64,000 bases of DNA, from contig NC_042998.1 of NCBI RefSeq assembly GCF_006345805.1, positions 41,540,001-41,604,000 on the forward strand. The letters run 5' to 3'. The stretch is from Octopus sinensis (lineage: Eukaryota). The position numbers and the translations under genes are program-made. Shown piece after piece: positions 50,334-62,412 of the stretch (the first letter of the stretch is position 1; each line of letters starts with the position of its first letter). The notes under the pieces are model-generated. The model searched no databases and was not told the origin of the DNA. It saw only the letters and a list, made by a program, of their open reading frames with translations.

Positions 50334-51176
50334 TTAATTGCACATTTTTGCATAGTGTCCTTGTTTCTTGCATTTTTCACATGTCTTGTGAAATGCTGGG
50401 CATTTATTTCTTTTGTGATTATAACCACAATAGTGACAGTTAGTGACGTAGTGTTGACTTGGCGCTTGAAACTTGGCGGGCTTTCTGTCACTTCCGCCTT
50501 GTTCGTTTTGATGTCTGGATTGCATATGGCGGGTTATTTGAGTTTTGGCGCCTTTTCTGTCGTGTTGACTATATACCCTCGAGATTTCGTTATCTCTTGT
50601 TTCGGATGTGGCATTTAGCATCCTTGATTGGAGTCGTGTTTGCTCTGCACTCTGACCTGCTTGAATTGTTTTTTGTAGGTCTAAATTTGGTTCTCTCAAT
50701 AATCTTTCTCGTAATCTCATGTCTCTGATTCCACATATCAGAATATCTTTGGTGAGACTGTCTGTGAGGTTGCCGAATTCGCACTGTTGTGCCTTTTGGC
50801 GCAACTCTACTACGTACTCATCGAATTTTTGATGTTCCGCTTGTCCACATGTGAAGAATTTGTGTCTTAGGAAAGTTATGTTTTTCCTGGGTTCACAATA
50901 TGCATCGAATTTTTCGATTACTGTCTGAAGGTTCATTTCTTCGTCGGGTGAATCGAAATCCAGTGTGGAATGGATATCTCGGCCTTTAGAACCGATGCAA
51001 GTTAAAAACATTGAAGTTTTTACTTTGTCTGGCTTCATGTCACTTTCTGTTGCTATCAAAAAGAGATTGAATTCTTTTTTCCACTTTTTCCATGCTGCGG
51101 CTAGATTTTCCTGATCAAAGTCTAGGTCTTTTGGATGCGGTAAATTTTCCATTTCGTCTTTGAAGTATGATTTCAA
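50334..51176 (-). CDS. gag: Gag of the LTR element, with paired Cys/His knuckles
   Basis: NLAAAWKKWKKEFNLFL...CEPRKNITFLRHKFFT...CHYCGYNHKRNKCPAFHKTCEKCKKQGHYAKMC. Confidence 0.9.
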   Translation of the reverse strand: MKSYFKDEMENLPHPKDLDFDQENLAAAWKKWKKEFNLFLIATESDMKPDKVKTSMFLTCIGSKGRDIHSTLDFDSPDEEMNLQTVIEKFDAYCEPRKNITFLRHKFFTCGQAEHQKFDEYVVELRQKAQQCEFGNLTDSLTKDILICGIRDMRLRERLLREPNLDLQKTIQAGQSAEQTRLQSRMLNATSETRDNEISRVYSQHDRKGAKTQITRHMQSRHQNEQGGSDRKPAKFQAPSQHYVTNCHYCGYNHKRNKCPAFHKTCEKCKKQGHYAKMCN

Positions 51177-51219
51177 CTTCTTTTTTCCTTTGGTTTCTGT
51201 ATTTTGGGTTCTTTTAGTA

Positions 51220-51230
51220 TTCTGACACCA
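51220..51230 (-). promoter_or_regulatory. Primer-binding site TGGTGTCAGAA, complementary to a tRNA-Leu 3' end
   Basis: Directly abuts the 5' LTR; complements ...UUCUGACACCA-3'. The tRNA identity is from recall. Confidence 0.8.
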
Positions 51231-51466
51231 TGTTGTTGTTATATATATATAGTATTGAGTATTAAAGGAAGTAGTGAGTACTTAGTATGAAAGATTAAGA
51301 AAATGAGAGAGACTGAAACAACGTGTTAACGATACAAGATACTTTATTCGACTGCTGTTGTTGTACAAGTTAATTGTTTTGGCGGGAAACAAAGTGAAAG
51401 TCCTTTTATCAAGGGAGACAATGGGCGACGTTGATTGTTCATGTTTGTTGTGATGATTATATAACA
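51231..51466 (-). repeat. 5' LTR
   Basis: Followed immediately on the minus strand by the PBS. Confidence 0.96.
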
Positions 51467-54400
51467 CTGCTCATGTTTATCGGGTGTATTTGTGATGTGG
51501 TGGTGTTTTCTTCATATGAGTGATGCTTTTTTTTTCGGTTAAAAGAAACATGGCTGGTATAACCTAACTATAGGATTCTTTCATGGACTGTATTTATGGA
51601 ATCAATGCAAGTTTGACGTGTGGTGTCGAGGCTGCATGTGAATGAGGTACAGTTGGGGAAATTTGGTAGGGAATGAAGAATCGCGTTGTCTGTGTAAGAG
51701 TGGTGGTATTGGACGACGTAGGTTATTAATGTATAGAAAAAAAAGAATGAACGAGGGACAAAAGCGAACCCTGGAGGGTGGGGCAGAAAGAGCTCCGTCA
51801 ACACATACCATGACAGTACGATTAGATTGGAAGTCACCGATCCATGAGATGAGAGGTGGTTGGAACCCGTAAGCGGCAAGTTTTTATAGATTTGTATACA
51901 TATGGGTGAAGACCTTGCTGTCTTGGGCAACAAAATTGATTTCACCACATTTTTCTAAAGCGAGACCCTATTGGTAAATGACATAAGAGTAAATCAACGG
52001 TGGATCCAGCTTTGCTGGTTGAATTATTAGGGACTGAATCTCTAAGTATCGTTACTTAGTGTCCTGTAAGCTGTCATGAATATCGCGCCATTCACTTCTC
52101 TTAGTGCTGTTCTACAGTCTGTCACACTCTTCGTATTTGAATTGATCCGTCTTATAGAATTTAAACTTTTCATTAAGGTCTTGTTTGTATTGTCTTTTTG
52201 TTGTTTTGTGTGTTTGTTTTTCCCTACAATATTCTTTCAGGAATCGAGTTAGATGCTCCAAATGTTTTCAAAGCAGAAACATCTAGAACGATGAGAGCTT
52301 TGACGATGGATTGATCGTTATCCCTGATCAAGCTTCTGTATATTTAGTACATTGACATCATAAGCTGTAAAGAACTTATCGATATCATCAGAAGGCTCAA
52401 TTCTTTCCATTTTTGTCAGAAAATTGTCGCTCATCTAAAAGACAGAGTATTTCATGAAATTTCAAAAATAATTTAAGTAGATATCTGAATTTCATTTTAA
52501 CATAATTCAGCTTTCTTTCAGTTACTTTATCAGTAAAATATATATTGGCATCGGATTATAAATGGTACCGATATCAATGAGCATTTTAGGTAATATCCAA
52601 TACCATGTACTAGACAAATAATACTGTCGTGAGAGATAATACATTTGCCTCCGTAAAGCATGAATATTATAGTGAAAATAAACACGGGAGATACTTTGCC
52701 CTGCACTGAAACTGCAAGAGCTACTCAGGAGTATTGCAAGCTCTTCTAAAATTCACCGTAATGTTGGAAACCTTCCGTATCATCATCAGGTGCCTCAGGG
52801 TCATGAGTGTTTCGCCCCTTACGCTCTACACTTCGCCTGAGTGTGGGAGCGAAAACTAAATTAGTCTTCGCCGGCGAGAAGAACTCAACCTGCGCTCTCT
52901 TGTCAATCACATCCAATTTGAGCTGGTTTCAGCTTCCATTTGAGGCCAAATGCCATCCCTCGATTATTATTTATTCAAGAAAATCGGACGTTGTGTACAT
53001 ACCTTTTCTTAAAGCATTGGTGGCATAAATTAAGTGAAATAGTTGAAACCGGAAATTAAAATTGTCTTTTTTTTTAAATTTAGATGATCTAGGTTCACCA
53101 GTTGTACAGAAAGGAACATTGGAGTCTGTTGAGATTTTTATACACAATTTATTCTTTTCGTACACACACACAAAAAAAAAAACGAATGTTGTTGTTACAA
53201 CGTACGACAAACCATTGAGGGAGTTTTTGTTCTTGGTGTAGTTATAGCAACAAATGAAGTGTTGTTAGTTGCTTACTGGGTCCTAGCTTCAAATGTCGTT
53301 CGTCTTCTGACTGTTCGTTGCCTTTGTGTTGTCTGCTGCTGCCCACCGTCTCTGCTGCATCCCAAAGCTCTCTGTCTAGTGGTCCCGACGTACTCAGTTT
53401 ATACTGGTCAATAGGTTCAGAAGGAAGCGCGTCAAAAAAACAAAAAGAATCGTTGCTGGAGCCTCTCCGGCGTGAGGTCATTAGTCAAATTTTGTTGATC
53501 ATGTGGGCAATATTCTAGTGAATCGTGATATCGGACGATTGTTGAATATTCCCGCTACACATATAACACGCATGTATATGATACATATACAATAGGAAAC
53601 CACGTTAAATACAAATCCAAAAGCGAAGAAAACACAAACATGAGCGAAGAAAGAAGAAAGAAAAAACATCAATTCAACATAATTTATGTTCAAATATTAA
53701 ATTCCTTTGAGTTCTTGTTGTTTAGATTTTCTACTCTACTACTCTCTTACTAGAAATAATCGATCTGTCACATTTACATAGTCACTATCGAGGGCAGCGA
53801 ATACTATTTTCATCAAATTTCTCAAGGGCAAGAGCACATTGGACAGTAATTGTCAGTATCGTCTTAATGCATGGGTACATGGCAGGTCTTCACAGATCTA
53901 GAGGACCGATTCTGGTTTATTTTTGCTGTTAGTAAATACTGCTGGTCCAATACATTGAGTTGCTCAGGGGCCTATAATGCCGTTAACCCTGGCTATGAAG
54001 GTGTCCAGTAGATCTGGTTTTACAGAAGCCATACTGGTGATCATTAAGGGAGAAAAGAAATAAAATGTTTTGGAGAAAATTTTTATTAACGGTTGTCTCT
54101 ATAACCCTTGAGATATTGGCAGCGAATACAATAGGACTCTGTGCTAAATGCTTGCTATACTAGCAGGGTCAGAAGGTTTGTTCATTTTTAGTAACGGAAA
54201 GGATTGTCAGATCTGCTGGTCTTGCTGGCTTGAAGCAACCAAAGGCACTTTTGTTCTTAGTACGTATGTATGAATGGTGAGGGGCCCGATGGGGATGAAG
54301 GGATTACATTTGGAACAGATTTACTAAGTGTATGCAATGTGAAGCTGGATGTAAAGTGGGCAACGGACGTAGAACCTTTCTCAGTAAAAGCATTGCTCAT

Positions 54401-56394
54401 AGAACCATTATGGTCCAGAAGCAGAGGAAAAGAGGATATCACATAGATAGTAGGAACTGACTACAGTTTGGAATGCAGGAAAGCTTGAGGGATTTGTAAT
54501 GTACAGAGACATCCTTTGTAGTTTGGATGTTATTCTTATAAACTTGCAGAACTAGTTAAGAGCCATCGTGTAGCTGGTAGGGGCAATTTAGCATAACGCT
54601 ATCGCAGGTTTAATCAGTCAGCTGGGGTGAAGACTGCATGAGTTGGGAGGTGAGAAGCGTTGTGTTATTTGTAGATGAGTGTAGTAAGTGGCCTCAATAG
54701 GGCAGTGAGCGACGATTATATCCTAATAGATGTTGGATTTGGGGGTGAAAAAGAGAGGATTCTTTGCTGTGTTTACGCCAAATATTCTTCTCTTTTATTA
54801 ATTGAATGTTAAGCATTAAAATACAGATGAACTGTTGGTGAGTTGAGTATACGACACTTCTTGTATTTGTTTTATATTGTTTTGTTTTTAAACTTTCCTT
54901 ATATATACGATCGATTCAACATGTAAATAGAAGAGAAAACAATGCAAGGGAGTTAATAAAAAAATACTTTCTAAATAATTACTTCCCTTAGAATATTTAT
55001 GGTTTATTGAATGAATTGTTAAAAATAGAGGAGAGTATTCATTACAGTTACTGTTCCGAAATAGGAGTTATGTACTCAATACTCTTTTACCTGATAAAAT
55101 AGGGTTGTAACATCTGTTAACTGTACAATCAATGATAAGCTAAAGACCACGTTTTATATGTTAAAGAAATTATTGTGTATTAGCTGTCAACTAAATTACC
55201 AGTCTTAAAATCATCAAAAGCAAAATATTTTTAATCAGTTGAATTGCTAATTAGTAAAGTAATTAATTCATATTCTACCTGTTAATTATTTATTCAGCAC
55301 TAGCAAAATTGTTTAGGAAGCTGCCAAACATTATGTTTTCTATTTTCCCTTGTTAAATAAATACACTTTGATCTATCAAATGTTTATATATATATATATA
55401 TATTTCAATATTGTTTTACTTTTTTTCAATTAATTCTTTGTTGAATATATACCAATTTTTTAATGAAACAAACAATTTCTTATTCTGGTCGTAAAACAAC
55501 AGGTCATGTACTAGTACCTATAATAATAGGTGACATATGAATTATAAAAAAAAAAACACAAAAAAATATGTAGTCAAATACACAACTCCCCCCCCCCCCG
55601 AACTTACAAATATGCAGCAGCTACAGAAAATTGCACTACTAGCCACTGCACGCATATTACATAGAGTGCTTTTGGTAATATAGAAAACAGAAAACCAAAA
55701 CAAAACATTGCACATAGTGTTGAACACTTTCTTCATTATAGCAATGATGATGATTGCAGCAGCAGTATTGGAAGTGATGCCAGTAATGGTGGTAGAGGTG
55801 GTGATCTTGTTTTAGAGAGAATTCCTTTTCATTTTTATTTTATCAATTTCTTTTTTGCTTTGTTGATTTAGCATGAAAGATTATTTCATTTGTATTCTAT
55901 TTCTTTGAAAAAGCATGCTTATATACAGATATTGGCCTGCAAATGATCAGTTTAGACATCAGCCATATCAATCTGACCAGTCTAAGAGAGCCAACAAAAG
56001 TCATGAACACTACATCATGCTCTCAAAATATATGTGCATGCAGCCCCCTCCTCAGTTTTCAGTCACGTTTTATCTTCACTCATATAAAATTTCTGTTTTG
56101 CTAATATTGTAATAGGTGGAGTGACATTGTTACCAATCCTATGTAGTGACATTTCTCATTGCTCATTAAACAAGCAACCTAATTATGTTCTCAAAGCTCT
56201 ATTTACCTTGTAATTACATTATCATGGTGCCATGCTATAGACTATTTTGGCCCCTGAAACTATTCTGCAAATTCATATTATTTATTTTTTAGTCCTCCAC
56301 ACCATCACAGAAGAGTTAAAGACTGTTTGTCTCTCGGAGCTGTTAATGCAAGTGACCTACTAAGTGTAAAAGCTTTAGAGAAGAAATTGCAGAT

Positions 56395-56700
56395 CATCAT
56401 CATCATTTAACGTCCGCTTTCCATGCTAGCATGGGTTAGACGATTTGACTGAGGGCTGGTGAACCAGATGGCTGCACCAGGCTCCAATCTTGATCTGGCA
56501 GAATTTCTACAGCTGGATGCCCTTCCTAACTCTAACCACTCTGAGAGTGTAGTGGTTGCTTTTACGTGCCACCGGCACGGAGGCCAGTCAGGCAGTACTG
56601 GCAACAACCTCGCTCGAATGTTTTTACATGTGCCAGTAAGGCGACACTGGTAACGATCACACTCGAGTGGTGCCTTTTATGTGTCACTGGCACGGAAGTG
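56395..56700 (-). mobile_element. Repeat family A copy
   Basis: Same tail and motif units as the other copies. Confidence 0.85.
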
Positions 56701-56739
56701 GAAACAAAACATGGAATTGAGTGGCATCAGAGTAAATTT

Positions 56740-57000
56740 AGTGAAGACTGAAGTTTTACAAAGTAGAAAAGAAGAAAGGACACTGCTATCATCAGGGAAA
56801 TAGCCATACTCAATTTGCAGAAAAAGAGTAGTTTGAATTCCAAATGGTTTATTCAGTGTGAACTATAGATGCATGAGAGGTTTAGTGAAATCATAGGCCA
56901 ACTGACAGTCAAAAGATTTTGTATGTGACATATACACAAGTAGTGAGCAGTCATTGCAGCAGTGACATAAAGTATTTTCAATGGTTAGAAAATCCCTTAG
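56740..57000 (+). mobile_element. Possible decayed RTE-type LINE fragment
   Basis: Degenerate QCxLxxHxR...IGQLTVKRFCM pattern resembling the Cys-rich insert of RTE-type ORFs. The evidence is weak. Confidence 0.35.
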
Positions 57001-58289
57001 AAACAGTTGATTGCTTCTCTTACTGATACTTCGAGGTCCCTACTACCCCTCTCCCCTTCTTTTCTGGAAAAAAGTGGCTTGTGGCAGGTTTGGAGGTCAG
57101 ATATCTTGAATGCATCCGAAAAAAACTGTGGAAAAAGATTATTCCACACCAAGGTATGACATACTGAAAGAATAAAATCATGTACCGATTATACTTGTAT
57201 TTTAATTAATTCAAATTAATGTTTCTTATCTTGAAACGTGGCAAAATTTTTGTCAGTTGCCATCTGGGATAATTTTAGTAACAAATCAAACAGGTAAGAT
57301 GCATTAAGAATTTCAGTTTTAGTGTTTATCCATAATGTTTTTGCCTTTACACCTGTCAATTAAATTTACCTGCCTATAAAAGTCAAATTTACTCAGCAAG
57401 ATCAGTTAAAATTACAAAACAATAAATCAGTAATGTATAAAGCACCCACTGACAAAAATGTTAAATCTATATGTAATAAATTTACTAAGTTACAAGCAAA
57501 TATTATGGATACCCCTCTTGAACCTGAATAATTCAAAATAATGTGAACAAATAAGCATTACATTTGGCAGATTAATATAAACACTAAAGATGTCTTCAGG
57601 TGCATTTTTTCTTACACACACACACTCATGTAACACGATCTCGCTTGGTTGGAACTACACATGTGTTACGTTGACATCATCGTTCTATAACATTTGATTA
57701 TGGGGAGAAAAAAATATTGAAAAATATCAATAAATGTGTGAGCAAGAAAGAACCAAGGAGGGAGGTTTTGGAACATGCGAGAAACAACAGCCAGATTTCC
57801 CTTAAATCACACATTTTCCTCTGAAATTAATAATTGATTTTTTTTTAACTGAAAATTTTCTCTCATGGATTTTAAGTATGTAATGAAATAAACAATATGG
57901 CCAAAATCTTTTTGGACAGGGGTGGTGAGATGGTGGTGCGACTGAAAAAAAAAGATTTAAAAAAACTTTCTTTATTTTTGTGAAAAGATGCCTCCCATCA
58001 TTCTGAAAACTTTAACGCAAAACATTGGAAAAAAAACCCTGTCAAAACAGAGAAATTCCAACTTATGTGAGCTGTCTGATCTGAAACTCATCCCCCCCAA
58101 CTGCCTTTCCAAAAATTTTGCCTACAGATTTCTTTGTAATTGTAATCAACAGCATTTGAAAATTTCATTTAAAAAATACCTATTTTCCAGAAAGTTATGT
58201 GGGGTAAAATGTCGGGTCATGTGTATTTTCTGAAACTCCTCTCCTCAACCCCTCAGAAAATTTTTTTTCCAACAAATCTTTACATACTC

Positions 58290-59300
58290 TCAATCTACAG
58301 GATATAAGCGATTATTTGGTGAAAGTTTTGTTAAAAAGTATCTGTTCTGACCTCATCTACAGAATTCATATTTTTCCTGTCCAAATTATTTTGAAGACTG
58401 CGGAATAAATGATAATCAGATGGGGTGAATATGGTGGGTGGGGCATCATTTCCCATCCAAACTGTTCCAGCCTTTGGAATGCCATCTTTGCTGTATGTGG
58501 CTGAGCATTATCTTGATGGAAGAACACCTTTCGTCTTGATACAAAAGATGATCATTTTTCTTCTAGTGCTGACTTAAGCCACTCAAGCTGCTTGCAGTAG
58601 ATCTCCTGTATTATTGTTTGGTTTGGGTTTAAAAGTTCAAAGTGGATTAAATCTTTCATATCCCTCCAAACAAATAACACTTTACATGGGTGAAGACCTT
58701 CTTTAGCCTAGGGTGCCGGTGTTTCTCCTTTCCCTGCCCACTGTCTTCGGCACTTGACATTTTAATAGTGAACCCATTTCTCATCACCAGTCATTATTTG
58801 ATCAAAAAAAAAGGTTCATTTGTGAGATGTGACAGCAAAGAAGAGTACACATTCACTATGTACATGCAATTAGACTTGAAAAGTTCATGAGGAACCCATT
58901 GACTCAATTTGCAGGTGTTGCTGAATGGTTAAATCACCAAATCCAAGCTTCTCTGTTAGTTCCTCAACAGTTACAATGGAATCTTCTTCCACCAGGGTTT
59001 TCAGAATGTCCTCGTTAAGCTCTACAGATCTTCCAGGATAAGGCTTGTCTTCTAAGCTGTAGTTTCCGACTCGTAATTTCTGGAACTACCATTGACACAG
59101 GTTTATACTTATTATCCGATCCCCATATACTGCATTAATATTCCTCGCACTTTCCATTGCACTGTTGCCTTTATTGAACTCATAAAGCAAAATATGTCAA
59201 ATATATTCCTTTGCCACTTCCATTATAGCTTCGAAAAATAATCGTTAAAATCAAACCACACTCTTCAAAACTTGCACTAAGAACAAGTACAAGGTAAAAT
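58290..59300 (-). mobile_element. Mariner (Mos1-like) transposon relic
   Basis: Minus-strand translations ILLYEFNKGNSAMESARNINAVYG...LEDKPYPGRSVEL and HQDNAQPHTAK...WEMMPHPPYSP. Confidence 0.85.
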
Positions 59301-59409
59301 TACTACCTGCTTTTATAGCAAGTTGATGCAGGTAGTTTACCTGTCCTCATCTGACTTTTAGTTCATGCAATTGAATAAACTACATTATTTATGGGATGAC
59401 CCAATATAT

Positions 59410-59600
59410 ATATATCGCCATGATAGATCGTTAGCCACTACACATATTTTTTTCTCTCCTTGTTTTTTCTGTGTCCCTTTCTGTAGAGGAGCGTAGGCTC
59501 GAAACGTAAAAGACTTTTTCTATTCCTGAGCGTTATACTTATACATCTGTTTGTTTTGTACAGCACCTGTCTTCGTCTTTTGTTTTTTTCATAAACTCTC
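59410..59600 (+). repeat. Penelope pseudo-LTR-like repeat with hammerhead-like core at 59481-59507
   Basis: CTGTAGA-G-GAGC-GTAG-GCTC-GAAACGT, with a perfect 4-bp stem II between the core motifs. Confidence 0.5.
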
Positions 59601-59601
59601 C

Positions 59602-59646
<45 letters not shown>

Positions 59647-59701
59647 GTTTAACCCATGCTAGCATGGAAAGCAGACGTTAAATGATGATGATATACATAT
59701 A

Positions 59702-60536
59702 CAGGGTGCAATGGGTAAATTGTCGCCATTTTATATTTATAATTTTGTGCATATGCATTGCTTATTTTTGATTTTGTCAACAAGACAGTATGGTAGGGTC
59801 AGTTGGGCACTGTCTGATGCAATTCGCTCTGCCAGAAGTTTGGAAATGACATGCTGTACTGCTTGGCATTCATGCCAGAATCTCCAATACGAACAGAATG
59901 TGAACACACAGAACAACCATTGTCCCCAAAACATGTACCCATTGTCCCCAAATCATGTTTGGAGTGATCACTAATGATGGTGACGTTATGCTTCCATTCA
60001 TCTTCCCACACAGCCTCAGACTCAACACAGAGGCCTACATCAAGTGTCTGGAGAAGGTAGTGCTGCCCTCGGTCAAGTGGGTGGCTGCTGGAAGACCCTA
60101 TGTCTGGCAACAGGGCTCTGCACCAAACCACACAAGCAGGGGAACCCAGTCATGGCTGTCAGACAATTTCTGCGACCACATCACCCCTAACATCTGGCCA
60201 CCTAACTCCCCAGACTGCAACCCCTTTGATTATTATGAATGAGACGCAGTTGAGTGAGAGACTGACAAAACTCCTTGTAACACCAAAGATGAACTGAAAG
60301 CAAGGATTATGGTAGCATTCAACAACTTAAACAAGGAGACCGTCCCGAAGAGTTATGGAAGATTCTGCAGTCGTCTGGAGACCATGGTTGAAGCTGATGG
60401 CGATTTTATTGAATATATTTACTCTTTAGTATTTCAAGATATTTTAAAGTAATTTTGATAAATATATCTGTTAAAATGCGATGTCAGTATTATTTACATT
60501 TTTGCATAATTTAGACAATATATTCACTACACCGTG
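59702..60536 (+). mobile_element. Internally deleted Tc1/mariner element of DD37D (maT)-like type
   Basis: TA-flanked imperfect TIRs CAGGGTGCAATGGGTAAATTGTC and GACAATATATTCACTACACCGTG; ORF ...YVWQQGSAPNHTS...WPPNSPDCNPFDY. Confidence 0.85.
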
Positions 60537-60559
60537 TATATTTATATATATATATATAT

Positions 60560-60703
60560 ATATATGGTATGCTTCTTTCAGTTTCCATTTGTCAAATCTA
60601 CTCAAAGTTTTGGTCAGCTTGGGCTATAGTAGAAGACACTTGCCCAAAGTTCCACACAGTGGGACTGAATCCAGAATCCATGTGATTTGGAAGCAAACTT
60701 CTT
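60560..60703 (-). mobile_element. SINE family B, 3' part (5' head continues at 62413-62451)
   Basis: ttctttcagtttcc...agaagacacttgcccaa...gggactgaatcc; the head ccacacagccatacctgtgcct resumes after a 1.7-kb insert. Confidence 0.85.
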
Positions 60704-62412
60704 ATTTTAGGAAATTGGCCATGAAGGCCTTACATAGAAGGGACAGCACAAGGTGGGGACAAAAAAGAAAAGAATGAATTAATATAATGAAAGATGAAAT
60801 GAAGCTGTACGGTCCCACCTCCGAGAAACTTCATTGAACCTGTTAATACAACTTTTTTTTGGAACACAATTATTTACACCACCATTTGCAACAGTTACTC
60901 AGCATGTTTTTTTCAGAATGTCTATGTTATATTTTTTTAAATATCGACATACCTTATCCGTTCCTGCATTGTACTAGTGTCTATTTTCTTCAAACCCACC
61001 ACTTGCAGTCAAAATTTTCTACATAATCATGTAATCTCATCAGGTACTCTGGGTCTGCCAGCATGTAATGAATGTTCTCAAGCAGACCCCTTACTCTCAT
61101 TACATCCACTTTAATTACTCCATCCCATGAGTCTACCTCATTGTACAGTTCTTCATTTTGTCCATTATACATTATTACATATTTTTCCTTACAGGGTGGG
61201 AGTGGGTACGTTTGATGCTCCTGTGTGTTTGCACTTGTTTTTGTGTCAGACAGGGCATGGGGAGGATTGGTGTCTAGGGAGTGGTTGGGATAGAATGGGT
61301 GTGGGTGGGGGCGGCGGTCATCCTTTACCACGTGTGTCCTCTTCTTTTCTTTCTCTTTTTCTGCCATTTCCCAGCAGGTGTTTGCCTCTTCCTTGATGCT
61401 GGTACTTGCTTTCGTCTGTGGTGCCACATCATTTTCCTTTTCCTCCATGGGCAGTGGAGCACCAACTACCCTTTCACTCTCCTGTCTCTCCTTAGCCTTT
61501 TCCAGTGGTGGTGGACAAAACCCTCTAATGTGACCTTTCAGGCCACATTTATAGCACCGCGGAATCCTCTCTTCCACTCTGACTTTCAATGTTGTCTCTC
61601 CGATTGCGATGGTCTTGACCATCTTTTCTAAGTCTTCCTCCACAACTTGCACCATCATATCAAGGGTTTGTCCTTGCCAGTTCCTAGGGGGTGTTCTGGT
61701 GGCCTGGAGGACCACTACCTTCTCCTCCATGCCTAGCAGTATGGCAGCCATCAGCCAGGTTACATCCACTTCTGGGGGGTATATTTCCTCCACCTTAACC
61801 CTGGAAGTACGTCTCCCAAGGTGTATGGGTTTAAGAACCACTTAATCAGTTTTCAGTGGTGTTGCTGAGTGCAGCCGGGCGGTAGCTACCTTTCTGAACT
61901 GCACCTCCACCATTCCAAACTTTTTTCCTCTAGCAAGGGATTTCCTACCTTGTCAGAAATAAAGTTTGGTCTAAGTGCTTTTTCTATTTGAGCCATTGAC
62001 ATGATCTCAATCTTCCTGGCTGCCACTGAGTATGTTCGGTAAATTATTGTTCTTTCTGCTGCTTCCATTAAAACTTCTTTAGTGGGGAACAACTTCACTT
62101 CATTACCCTCCTTTTTAAGCATTCCCTTGAACTTGCTCACATCCTCGCTTTTTTCTTTTGTCACTGCAGCATAATTCCTTGCTTCCATTGCTTTGTCTAT
62201 CTTCTTTATACATTCCACCATTTCTTCCTCAGATAACACAAAGTCCAAAGAAGGGCGGTTTACAACGTCTGAAACAGAACAATTCAAACTTTCATAACTC
62301 CTCACTCGACACTCATCCATTAAACAAGAGGACAAACGTTGCACTGCCAAGACAGCAAAAAAACCACGTGTGTAACAAACAAAACCAACAATCCAACTGA
62401 CAAACGCTATAC
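60704..62412 (-). mobile_element. ORF1-only (gag-like CCHC) non-autonomous non-LTR element with a 16-bp TSD
   Basis: TSD TGGAAGCAAACTTCTT (60688-60703) and TGGAAGCAAGCTTCTT (62413-62428); ORF pieces 61886-62350 and 60990-61841 join across one frameshift and one stop; no EN or RT sequence present. Confidence 0.78.
60990..62221 (-). pseudogene. Tx1/L1-type ORF1 nucleic-acid-binding protein, about 410 aa when repaired
   Basis: Probable ATG at 62221; LGRRTSRVKV...PPEVDVTWL...RIPRCYKCGLKGHIRGFC zinc knuckle, followed by a charged, low-complexity tail. Confidence 0.7.

Larger units (their letters stand above)
46956..51466 (-). mobile_element. Full-length Gypsy/Metaviridae (Mag-like) LTR retrotransposon, 4511 bp, recent insertion
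   Basis: 236-bp LTRs (46956-47191 and 51231-51466) with TGTT...AACA ends and one mismatch; 5-bp TSD CTGCT at 46951-46955 and 51467-51471; PBS and PPT present; domain order gag-PR-RT-RH-INT. Confidence 0.97.
46520..54900 (-). mobile_element. Old, heavily decayed L2/CR1-group (Crack/Daphne-like) LINE, interrupted by the Gypsy element and a ~1.7-kb insert
   Basis: Degenerate motifs in the correct order on the minus strand: endonuclease-like region about 54300-54900, NYCPM (NYRPI-like) about 53850, RYLE...GSTVDLL about 52030, DSKVF (DxSKAF-like) about 51920, PPGFA...FLYINNL...SYTDNAILH (PQGS/YADD-like) 51680-51790, RT C-terminus 46520-46950. Clade assignment is tentative. Confidence 0.6.

Noticed and set aside
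48164-50728. Plus-strand ORFs antisense to gag/pol
   Set aside because: Shadow ORFs of the retrotransposon coding strand.
55915-56112. Exon of a second gene (YWPANDQFRHQ...)
   Set aside because: No donor site, no neighbouring exons, and no recognisable domain.
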